A DNA stretch of 64,000 nt. Origin: Perkinsela sp. CCAP 1560/9 (Eukaryota > Protista > Euglenozoa: Kinetoplastea). The position numbers were made by a program, and so were the translations under genes. The stretch's first letter is position 1. The number at the start of each line of letters is the position of its first letter. This document shows positions 11,230-21,100 of the stretch, piece after piece. The stretch lies in assembly GCA_965644495.1 (NCBI GenBank), contig CBFFSA010000003.1, positions 372,001 to 436,000 on the forward strand, given 5' to 3'. The notes beneath the pieces were generated by a model that saw only the letters and a program-made list of their open reading frames with translations, did not search any database and had not been told where the DNA came from.

Positions 11230-12114
11230 ATGCCGGAAAGTCAGCCCTCCGTTTCTGACGTCATGCGTCAGCTGTCGATATTAACTTCGAAATTCGAGTC
11301 TAGCGCGAGCCAACTTCAGAGTTTGCAGGAAGGAATGCTGCTTTTGCAATCTCAAATGGGGCGTTTGGACCGTATGGAAGGCGATCTGAGCCGCTTAAGT
11401 ACGCAAAATAAAGAAGCTTTACAAATGGTGGCGCGCGCGTCCGACTCGCCGTCTGCTTATGATATTTCCATCCATGACCTGCCACAGGAACACGTTTTGC
11501 AGCCGGAACACTGGAAACCCGAGCATTACTGTTCTGACAATTTGCGTCGACAGCTCCTCCAACGCGTAGAGCACGAGGTGCGAAAGCTCTTCGGAAACTC
11601 TGCGGATCCGACTGCTGTGCCAGGAGATTCTATTGGTCTAAAAGATGCATTAGACACTATCCAAAGTCACTTGGAGGCTTGCGACGAGCTGGTGAAACGG
11701 GGCCAGGCAGTTTCCATGAAGTCGATTACTCCGGCGATCGAAAACGTCATTTTCCTCAGATACAAACACAAGTGGGGTCGGCGTGTCGCGCTCCAATGGA
11801 AAGATGCTCTAAAAAGTTCGCCGATCGGGTCAAGGTATGACAATGCTCACGACACCGCTATGGAGTTTTACAAGAACTGTTCGATCGTTCAGGGCGCAGT
11901 GTCTCTATCGCAGGCAAAAAACGGCGGAGGGCGCGGGTTCGCTGCCAGTGGTCGAGGGAGAACCCGCGGGCGCGGAGGGCGCGGAGGTCGCAGTTATGGC
12001 GGAGGTGGCGGAGTGGCAAGAATTCAAAGTTTGAAGCACATGGTGCTCAGATGGCGAGTTCAAACCCGCTCATCGCAATATTCCTGGCGGCCTCACTCTA
12101 AGAGGCTGGGCTGA
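11230..12114 (+). CDS. Gag-like ORF, probably from a truncated VIPER/TATE-like element
   Basis: Coiled-coil N-terminus and RGG-rich C-terminus, the same layout as 22676..23089; transposon context; no catalytic motif seen. Confidence 0.45.
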   Translation: MPESQPSVSDVMRQLSILTSKFESSASQLQSLQEGMLLLQSQMGRLDRMEGDLSRLSTQNKEALQMVARASDSPSAYDISIHDLPQEHVLQPEHWKPEHYCSDNLRRQLLQRVEHEVRKLFGNSADPTAVPGDSIGLKDALDTIQSHLEACDELVKRGQAVSMKSITPAIENVIFLRYKHKWGRRVALQWKDALKSSPIGSRYDNAHDTAMEFYKNCSIVQGAVSLSQAKNGGGRGFAASGRGRTRGRGGRGGRSYGGGGGVARIQSLKHMVLRWRVQTRSSQYSWRPHSKRLG

Positions 12115-12167
12115 GAACCGACTAGGCCCAGTACTCGGAGGACCGTCCCGGACCCTCCCCTCAGGGA

Positions 12168-12187
12168 TTGTTGTTGTTGTTGTTGTT
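12168..12187 (+). repeat. (TTG)6 microsatellite, possibly the (CAA)n tail of a minus-strand retroposon
   Basis: Repeat read directly; the tail interpretation is inference. Confidence 0.7.
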
Positions 12188-12520
12188 TAACCCGTTTGGC
12201 CATGACTGGCTATGGGTTCAGAGTACACCCTAGTTATTTAGTGCTCGTGCGAAACGGCACCGGGTATTACCGTACTCCGTGGGTGGTACGCTGTAAGTCG
12301 CGCGCAGACTTTCCCAGAGGGATGCCGCACTCGCAGATAGACGAGCAATACCTGTCAGGTTGCGTGGCCTGACTCGTCATCCGTGACTTCAATGCCCGAT
12401 GGATTCGCATCCTAGGGCAAAGAAGTAGTGGATCAGTCGTTATATTCTGTTCCACCACCAGGGATGACTCACGCTAGGGTGTGTGGAGCTTGCGAGGCTC
12501 TCTCACCAGCGGAGCTCGAC

Positions 12521-12551
12521 CACATATAGATACAGTTTCTGTACCTTGTTG
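12521..12551 (+). other. Spliced-leader exon copy at the 5' end of element A
   Basis: CACATATAGATACAGTTTCTGTACCTTGTTG aligns without gaps to the last 31 nt of the canonical trypanosomatid SL (CTATTATTGATACAGTTTCTGTACTATATTG, recalled), 24/31 identical, with an exact 16-nt core. Confidence 0.85.
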
Positions 12552-13362
12552 TTTTTTTCTCTTATCTTTATCGTTACCATGACGCGACCCCCTTCACATT
12601 GCACTCATGCTGATGCGCCGCAGGACCTTACAGGAGGACCACGCGGCGTTGATATGTCAACCGTTGATCTCTTAGACCATGGACGTCCCGTCGACGAGAA
12701 TGGAGCCCCCTCCGAACGACCATCATGCGTCACGCCAACCGAACTAGTGACTGCAAATATGGTACCGCAAACCCCCATGACCCACGGAACACCACGTAAA
12801 CACAGGTGTCTCAACAAACGAACATGTCTTCACCCGTGTTGTAAGAGGCAACAGCCTCGCATAAACAAAATCGATATTCCTACAGCACCGAACTTGACGA
12901 ATATAAGCACCCCACCGAGATTCTTCGGGAGAGTATATTGCATCATCGAAGCATTACTGGCGACAATATTCATGAAAATACCCTACTTCGTAACCCAACC
13001 TGCATATTGCCGAAACTCTACAGAACCACCTCAAACGAAGCCATGTAAACATAAATGTCTAAACAAAAACACATGCAAGCATGCCTGCTGCAAACGCCAC
13101 TTAGTACACACTACTCCAGATCAAACGAGCAACCCCTACACGGAGCAGACCCTCAAGGTTGCAATACTATTTCATAACGTGAAGTACCTCATGGAACTAT
13201 TCTGCACACTTGTCCACTTAATATTCGCACTCACATGGTATGCGCTCAGTCTTTTGCGAAGTGTGATTATCATGCAGTAAACTGCAGAGATTAAAACAGA
13301 AGAAGATCGGGTGTATCCCTTTAGTGCGCCCAAAACGCACTTCTTCTTCTGACATGCCCACC

Positions 13363-16300
13363 TCATTGGAAGCTTGGCATATACCAGTTGGGGTTCTCCC
13401 GTTGTTGGTATATGTGGAAACTTCCTAGTAGTGCTCGCTGCACTAGTTTTTCCCTACACTTGGAGGCTTCAGCCTTAGTTCCAAAGAGGGAGTTTATCGC
13501 ACGTGCGGAGGAGTTCAGCTTTCCTCTCGCACCAACTTCAAAAACCAGGAGAAAGGTCGACGGATTCGCTAGCCTGCGCTGCGTGTAAAGATGTGTGTAC
13601 TTACGAACCTTCCGTTCGTGGGCGTATTCCAAGTTCTCTTCCCATGGGGATGTAAGTTCAATTATGTACTCGGACCCGTTGTGCAGCCGCACCCATCCAT
13701 CTGGTCTCAGTTCAGTTCCGTGCGAGAGCCAGGGAGGAGAGTTGCGGTACAGGTCCACGTCAAAGTGGTACGAGGATGTGGTGGGAGAGTTGGCAACAGC
13801 GTCTGCAAGGGCGAGTAGTATAAGATCATGGCGGTATGTATACCGTCCTTGCTCAAGGGACACTTTGCAGCCTGTTAAGATGTGGCGCGGGGTCTGGGTC
13901 GCTTCGCCACAAATTGGACATGCGACGTTCGTGTGTGACGATATGCCCCACCGGCGGAGAGAGGAACGCGTAGGAAGTGGAGTTTGAGTGAGCACGGATG
14001 CCGCGAAGCGAGAGAGGGAGGAGCTTTTGACATTACATAGGGCAGAAGCGAAGTCTTTCGCTAGGTCGCTTTCTGTAGCCATTTGAAACCATTCGCAGGC
14101 TATGGTGGTGCGGCGTTGTACTGACTCGATCAAGTGCCTTTCATACTCATCGTTAATTGTTCTTCGGAGGTTATCGGGGTCATCCCGCATATCATAGAAC
14201 CTCGCTGCGGGCCTCACATGTCCTGATGAGCGTCTACGTTGCTCGTTGGCTATCCTGTGTCGTAATGCGTACTGTACCGCTGGGTCACGAGATTTGGACA
14301 TTTGCGAGATGGCTGTGGCCGTACACTGCAGCCAAAGCTTAGAGATGCTCATCATCCGCCAGCCGCGCTCAGAGTAGAAGAGTTCACTTGTGGCCGTTTT
14401 CGCAACGTTAAGCCATTTCCTGATTTGGTTTGTGGCCAACTTTTGGAGACGGAGGATATAGTTGAAAGTGATCCCTGTGTTCACAGTCAGGACGTACCGG
14501 AGACGGGAAATTATTGCGTTATTGTAGATCCACATTTTCGCTGCTTGATCAAATGCGCTTTCCGTAATGTTTCCGAGCCACTTCCGCAACTTACATTGCA
14601 GGGTTTTGAATAGAACTTTTCCTTGTTGTGCCCCAGGAGCTAGCGTCATTCCGAGAAAGAGACTTCCCTTGTTACAGATATGTGGAATTACCTGCCCATC
14701 CGCGACTATGCGAGGGCGATGTGTCTTGTAACCTCCGTTGAGGACTGCCATGTGTTGCACTCGGCACTTCCCGACGTTCAGCCGGAGCCCCATAGTGGTG
14801 AGAACCCGGTGCAGAACGTTGGTCGCCCGCTGTAATTCGTCAGGGGTGCTCGTGACAAGGGTTAGGTCATCAGCAAACGCTTTTATGAAGGTTTCTCGCG
14901 TGTCCCATACAATACCATATTTTGGCAGGCTAGATCGGAGGTACCGAAGGACCACTTCCATTGCGATGAGAAAGAGAACAGGAGATAAGGTATCGCCTTG
15001 GAGAACGCCACGTGTTATAGAGATATCTCCGGTCAATCCCTCTGCACACTTCACTTGCATGGAAGCTCCCGTGTACAGGGCTCGAATGTACGTGATAACG
15101 TTGGTGGGAAGGCGAGCCCATTCCAGGGCAGAGAAGAGCACATAGTGTGGGAGTGAACCAAAGGCATTTTTGAGGTCGTACTGTCCAAGGCAGTATTGGC
15201 GTTTGTGTTGCCGTTGGTGGTCAAGAAGTTCACAAAGCGCTTGGGTATGTTCGATACAGCCATTCACACCAGGCAGGAATCCCTTCTGGATTGTAGTATC
15301 TATTACTCCCGATCCTGTGACATGTTCCTGAATCCGGTGGCTGACAATGCTGTGGAAGAGTTTCCCGAGACAGCTCGTAAGGCTTATGGGCCGCCAGTTG
15401 GAAACGTTCTGCGTAGGGCCACTTTTATGCACAAGAAGGGTAACCGCTTTCTTCCAGTTGTCGGGACAGACCCCAAATTTGAAGAGGTCGTTAAACGATT
15501 GGGCTAAGAAAGGGTGTAGCGCGGGGCAGCGCTTTAGCAGCGCATTGCTAACGGTGTCAGAGCCTGGTGCCGCTGTATGGCGCTTCGATGACACAGCGGC
15601 TGCGATCGTGGCGCTATCTATTGCTTCCCATGTCATGTCTCTATCCGCCTGGGGGCCCAGAAGCTCTTTTGGAGGAAGTCCACATTCTTGAGTTGTTTCC
15701 ATAGAGCCCCTGAAATAGGACTCTACTTCGGCGGGGGCGATGTCTGGATGCTTCCCATTACGTTGCTGTGCTTCTTTTTCGTGGTTATCAATACATTCAC
15801 TACCTGCCGTCCAGGGATTCCTTTGAAATCTTGTGTGGGCCCAGCGCTGAGCCATCTCCAGTCGCTGCGCTTCTCCTTCTGCCATGTAGACCTTCTGAAG
15901 TTTCACAGCCTCTTTCAGTTGACCCTTGACGTGGTTCCGCTCGGCCCGTCCGTGGGTATATCGCAGTGTTGCTTTCAGTTGTCGAACGTGAGTTTCAAGC
16001 TGCTTGGCCGAGCGCTCCGCTGCCAGGGGGCGTGTTCTGCGACGGTTGTGACGCGCGTTTGTTCTAATACGGAATCCCCCGGTTGGGTCTGCCTCGCTGG
16101 CCACCTCGTATGCCGACACGGCGAGACATGCCGTGAGTAGTTCTGCTTGTGCGGTAGCCTCGTCGGCACTCTCTGCGGGACTCAGAAATTTGGTACATCT
16201 TTCCAGTGCCTTTTCCTCCGTGCGCTGCCACTGTGCAGAGGAAAGATGTATCATGATGCGGCCTCCTTCTATGGTGCGTAGTGTCGATAGAAGAGTTCCG

Positions 16301-18099
16301 GGTGTATCCTGCACGTTCTCCAATCGGGACGTTGCGGCCCTCGATCGGTTCGCATTAGCCATCAGAGAGCGGGAAGATCGAAGCAGTGGCGGTTCAGGCT
16401 GGTTCTCAGGGTTCCTTATCAATTGGGGTGAGTTGGGAGTTGGTTGATCGTTCTCATCCCCCGACGAGATCGAGTTTCTCTGACCGGTGGATCGCGTCTG
16501 GCTGCTTGAGGTCGTCGATGTGGTTGTCGGCGTGGTGGTTGGTGTCTCTTCCGTGGATTGGTTGAGGCGAGAGTTTTGACTTCTGGAAATACTGATGTTT
16601 TGCACGGATCCGTCGGGGTTGATCTGTCTCTCTGCTGGGGGTCGTGACCCTAGGAATAGACTTCGAAGACTCCAGCATGACGATTCAGCGGATGAGGGCC
16701 GCGCGGAAACTAGTACTCCTTCTTTGCAGCACTTGTGTAGGCATCGGGCTTTGTCCTGGCATTTATGCAGACACGGTCGTCTATTGACTTGTACCTCATT
16801 GCTAAGGGCAGGTGTGGAGTTGTTAGGAATCGGCAGTGGATCGGGAAGTGCTGTGACATGAGGGTTAGTGTCTTCTAGTGGGGCATTTGCTGCATGGGCC
16901 TCGGTTGTCACGTTGTCAGAGAGCTGCGCTCGCTCATTTTGTGAGGTCCACGGTATGAGACTCCTCAGGGACCAACGGGCTGCAGAGGGGCGCGTTTCCG
17001 AGGCTCTATCGCTGTCGTAGTCGTGCGCACGCCTGGTTTCACGGCTCTGGTACGCACGGGGTTCATGTAGTGCTGATTGGACGGTTCGGGTGCTCCGCTC
17101 GTCAAGGGAGGGTGTGAGAGGAGTTGCCGTTGCCCGTTCTGGGTGAGGACGAGGGGAGATGGGGACTCCCACCTTGCAGCATCGATGTTTGCAATTCGCT
17201 TTATCTCGGCATATGTGCTTGCAGGGCCGATGCGTCACCGAGGTGGGAGGGCTGCTTGGCGTGGAGGGAAGTGGTGCTGGAGTGAGATTTTCTGCATGCG
17301 GCTCGCTAGGGGAGTCAGTTGTGGTTGGTACCTGCATAGCTGCGCTTACGGGTTCAGGTAAATGAGGATTTCCGCTTTCCGGGTCGGTGATTTTGCAGCA
17401 GGGATGTTTGCATCTCATTTTATTGAAGCAACGGTGTGCGCAAGGTTCGGTGCGTGCTGATGTAGGGGCCGGTTCTGCGGGGGTGTTCCGTGTGGGGAGG
17501 ATTCGGTAGGGTTCGTCAAATTGGATTTTCGGCTTGGTCCACCCGATATCTGCGTCTTGTTGTGGCTCAGGGGAGACATGTGATATTGCGAAGCGGGCCA
17601 GTGAGGGTATTACACGTCCGTTGAGTCGTTTTTGTATGGCCCGTCCTAGGGATCCCGCTGAGGAATAATCCTGGTCGAGCTTCATGTCTTTGTCATTATA
17701 CGCTGAGGCCCAGCTTGTGTGTCGGTAGATCGAATATGGCGCCGAAGTTTCGCGGAAGAGGAAGAAATCGCATGCTTTGTGGTCCATAACGTCGTTCAAA
17801 GTGCATCTTTGGACCACGATTCCGTCGGAGCGCTTCGCTCCTGATGAGAGAGTTCGTGCGAGGGAAAGCTCCGCTGTGATTTCCGCTTGGAAATGGTCCT
17901 TCTCAGTTAGGAATAAGGCTGCCGCGTGCGTGTCGGGGAAGTAAAGCCAGTGTGGAGACTCCGAGTTTCTGAGACGTAGGGATACTGCCCGATTCTGGGT
18001 GAGGCGGAAGCTTTTCTCTCGAGGTGGGGGCGCGCTGGCAGATCCTCGAGGGAGGTCGCCTGGCGCTAGGGGGGGCGGGGTAGGAGGGTGAAGTGTCAT
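13363..18099 (-). CDS. Retrotransposon protein: N-terminal domain, three Cys/His zinc fingers, RT, CCHC, RLE
   Basis: APGSD, NWRPISL, DTTIQKGFLPGVNGCIEH, DLKNAFGS, GVLQGDTLSP, AFADD, CPICG..HILTGC, YTYRHD, LRPDG..IELTSPWEE..HERKVRKY..EVGARG. Confidence 0.92.
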   Translation of the reverse strand: MTLHPPTPPPLAPGDLPRGSASAPPPREKSFRLTQNRAVSLRLRNSESPHWLYFPDTHAAALFLTEKDHFQAEITAELSLARTLSSGAKRSDGIVVQRCTLNDVMDHKACDFFLFRETSAPYSIYRHTSWASAYNDKDMKLDQDYSSAGSLGRAIQKRLNGRVIPSLARFAISHVSPEPQQDADIGWTKPKIQFDEPYRILPTRNTPAEPAPTSARTEPCAHRCFNKMRCKHPCCKITDPESGNPHLPEPVSAAMQVPTTTDSPSEPHAENLTPAPLPSTPSSPPTSVTHRPCKHICRDKANCKHRCCKVGVPISPRPHPERATATPLTPSLDERSTRTVQSALHEPRAYQSRETRRAHDYDSDRASETRPSAARWSLRSLIPWTSQNERAQLSDNVTTEAHAANAPLEDTNPHVTALPDPLPIPNNSTPALSNEVQVNRRPCLHKCQDKARCLHKCCKEGVLVSARPSSAESSCWSLRSLFLGSRPPAERQINPDGSVQNISISRSQNSRLNQSTEETPTTTPTTTSTTSSSQTRSTGQRNSISSGDENDQPTPNSPQLIRNPENQPEPPLLRSSRSLMANANRSRAATSRLENVQDTPGTLLSTLRTIEGGRIMIHLSSAQWQRTEEKALERCTKFLSPAESADEATAQAELLTACLAVSAYEVASEADPTGGFRIRTNARHNRRRTRPLAAERSAKQLETHVRQLKATLRYTHGRAERNHVKGQLKEAVKLQKVYMAEGEAQRLEMAQRWAHTRFQRNPWTAGSECIDNHEKEAQQRNGKHPDIAPAEVESYFRGSMETTQECGLPPKELLGPQADRDMTWEAIDSATIAAAVSSKRHTAAPGSDTVSNALLKRCPALHPFLAQSFNDLFKFGVCPDNWKKAVTLLVHKSGPTQNVSNWRPISLTSCLGKLFHSIVSHRIQEHVTGSGVIDTTIQKGFLPGVNGCIEHTQALCELLDHQRQHKRQYCLGQYDLKNAFGSLPHYVLFSALEWARLPTNVITYIRALYTGASMQVKCAEGLTGDISITRGVLQGDTLSPVLFLIAMEVVLRYLRSSLPKYGIVWDTRETFIKAFADDLTLVTSTPDELQRATNVLHRVLTTMGLRLNVGKCRVQHMAVLNGGYKTHRPRIVADGQVIPHICNKGSLFLGMTLAPGAQQGKVLFKTLQCKLRKWLGNITESAFDQAAKMWIYNNAIISRLRYVLTVNTGITFNYILRLQKLATNQIRKWLNVAKTATSELFYSERGWRMMSISKLWLQCTATAISQMSKSRDPAVQYALRHRIANEQRRRSSGHVRPAARFYDMRDDPDNLRRTINDEYERHLIESVQRRTTIACEWFQMATESDLAKDFASALCNVKSSSLSRFAASVLTQTPLPTRSSLRRWGISSHTNVACPICGEATQTPRHILTGCKVSLEQGRYTYRHDLILLALADAVANSPTTSSYHFDVDLYRNSPPWLSHGTELRPDGWVRLHNGSEYIIELTSPWEENLEYAHERKVRKYTHLYTQRRLANPSTFLLVFEVGARGKLNSSARAINSLFGTKAEASKCREKLVQRALLGSFHIYQQRENPNWYMPSFQ

Positions 18100-18145
18100 G
18101 CCCCAATGGGGGAAAGTAACAGTTAGTACGAAATTGAAAATAATT

Positions 18146-18174
18146 CAACAAGGTACAGAAACTGTATCTTTATC
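18146..18174 (-). other. Spliced-leader exon copy at the 5' end of element B
   Basis: Minus strand reads GATAAAGATACAGTTTCTGTACCTTGTTG; the last 24 nt are identical to 12528-12551; 46 nt upstream of the ATG. Confidence 0.85.
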
Positions 18175-21100
18175 ATAGCATACCTCTAGTTCCAGTGGCA
18201 ATCAACCAGATCTATCTAACCCTCTCCAACTTCAAAACGCCTGTCTCACGGAAATACGATGAACTTTGGTTGCTACTTGGGAAGACCAAGAAGACATCAA
18301 CATCGACCATCATTTTGGAACTTGTAAAATTACCACTACGCATCTTTCTCTGGTACATAGACTTCCTTACCCCCAAAGCTCCAAGCGCGCATAATGTACA
18401 AGCAGAGAATGATGAACCCAATTGTACGAATCCAACTATTGCACCTTGAAAATCGCGCTCCCAAGCAACCAAACTGCGACAGCAAAAACGACGCCGCGAT
18501 AGCTACCTCATGCAGTGCCACTAAAAACGACGAGATCCCTGGATACGAAAACCAAAATACAGAATCTCTGTATCCCGAGGTGCTCGCTCGCCTCCCTTCC
18601 CCACTACCGGTACCTAGCGACTCCGTAGACCATCACATCCTACCGGAAGAAAGCACGGACGAAGTTCCCACCTGGGTGTTCAACAACCAACACTCGGGAA
18701 ACCTAGATGACGCCGCCACAACACCTACTGGACTGAGTGCATCGCTTCAACACAAACAAAATCTTCATTTTGTCCAAAGCCGGGCGCGCCCCTTAAAAAT
18801 AAGAACACTCACAGATCTCACCTGGCGGTATTTTCCAGACGTCCGGGCCGCCAGCGAATCCCCTCTAGTCAAGGCCAGAATTGCTTCTCATCAAGCAGCG
18901 CAAGCGGCACTCAGTAAAATGCTTTCAGAGAACGGAAGCTCCCACGACCTAATTGTTCAGCCAGCCTCACTGGACGAACTCATGGATCACCAGGGATGTG
19001 ACTACATAAGGGTTGTAAAACAAGCGCACGCACAAGAACACCGACGGCACGCCAGCTGGGCTTCCCTCTACAAAGATGATACCTTCAAACTTGGTGAGTC
19101 ATACAGCTCCGCGGGAGCACTCGGCCGCGCAATCCTTAAGGTTCTTGCCGGAAGGGATGTGCCCCTCCTTCAACATCTGCATATTACACTACATAAGCGG
19201 GAGGAAGATCCCTCAGACGTACACTATGAAAAGAACCCGCGCCGAGAAGCATCCCCTCACCGCATCCAAACTATCAGTAGGGCACCTACGAAGCTTAGTT
19301 TGCACCCGTGTCAGCACACATGTCGAAACAAACCGGAATGTGCCCACAAGTGCTGCAAAGTATACGGACCAGTGTATGCCCGGAGGAACACTACGCAAAG
19401 AGACACCGAAGACTCAGAGACCGATGCAGCAGCCATCCAGCACCCGAACAGCCCTCCTCCGGCTGCAGAGTACCCTACCTCCCCCGAGCAAGAAGCCTAC
19501 TCTCGAACCAGATTGCAAACGCAACTTCTCCAGAAGCACGAAGCCATAAGCGGAGGTAAGGTTACGATACGACTAAATGAGGTACAGTGGCGGATTGTCG
19601 AATCGAGAGCGAAAGAGAGATGCATTCAACTACTTACCCATACACCGGATAAAGAGGCAGCTGTACGAAACGCGGAATTACTCAGTGCCGCATTAGCGGT
19701 CTCAGCACATGAAGTCGCCATAGAAGCAAATCCGACGAAAGGTTTCCTGATAAGGACCAGTACCGGACATGCACGACGTAGATACCGACCACTCGCGGCG
19801 GAAAGAACCGTAACCGATCTCAAACACCATTTAGAAACGATGAAACGATCGCTACGTTACACGAGGAACCGGGCGGAACGCGAGAGAACGCGGGCACAAA
19901 TTAAGGAATGTCGCAAAGAGATCAAGCTGAGGGAGGAGGAAGCTACAATGCAACGCAGAGATCTAGATGAAAGATGGGCCGCACAGAGATTCTCTAGAAA
20001 CTCGTGGACCGCGGCATCCGAAACGATTGATAAACCTAACGGAAGAGAGGTAGAAAACACCGCACTTCCCACCTGTGACAGATCTAGCATTGAATCATAC
20101 TTTCAAGAAAGTTTTACCCCCAATGAGCAATCCTCGCGTCTCCCTCCTTCAGATCTACTAGGTCCGACAGCTAGCCAGCCAATGCAATGGAACCCGATCT
20201 CCCATGAGGATGTCACTGCAGCTGTCACAATGAAGCGCAACGCCAGTACTCCAGGAACCGACACGATAACTAACAAAATACTCAAAAACTGCCCATCGAC
20301 ACACGAATACTTTGCATCTGTGTTCAACGATCTAATGACTTTCTCTGTGTTCCCGCTATCATGGAAAACCGCAGTAACCAGGCTGATATATAAAGCAGGT
20401 AGCAAAGAAAATCCGAAAAACTGGCGCCCGATCTCCCTTACTAGTGCTCTAGGTAAAACCTTTCACACGATCATCGCACATCGACTGACTCAACACCTGA
20501 CTGAACACCATGTCATTGACCCTCAAATACAAAAAGGCTTTCTCCCTTCCATTAAGGGTACACTGGAACACACCCAAACTCTTTGCTCACTCCTGCGACA
20601 TTACCAGAAACATAAAACTCAATATTGCCTCGCACAACTCGACCTGAGCAATGCCTTCGGGTCTGTCCCACATCATATCATACATGCCGCTCTGAAATGG
20701 GCCCAAGTACCGCCGGAGGTCATCCACTACATCAAAAATACCCTAACGGATGCGCACATGCGCATTAAGTGCTACGAAGGTCTTACGCAACCTATCTTTA
20801 TACGAAAAGGTGTCCTCCAAGGGGATACCCTCTCTCCTATTGTCTTCCTGATAGTGATGTAAATTGTTTTGCGATATGTCCGATTCTCCTGCCCGCACTT
20901 CGGTATGAAACTCCCAAACGGTCTGAACAACTTCCTTAAGGCTTTTGCTGATGACTTAACTATTCTTACTGAAAGCGACGGAGACATGCAACACGCACTT
21001 GATGCAGTTACCAAAGTGCTGGGCGAGCTAGGCCTTAAGATTAACGTGAAGAGTCGAATACAGTGCATGAGCACCCGTAAAGGCGAGGAACATCCAGGCT

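Larger units (their letters stand above)
13274..18174 (-). mobile_element. HERO-like RLE non-LTR element B, apparently intact, inserted antisense into element A
   Basis: Single 1578-aa ORF; candidate TSD or microhomology TTATCAT at 13267-13273 and 18170-18176; 3' UTR with a CAGAAGAAGA/TCTTCTTCTG stem. Confidence 0.85.
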
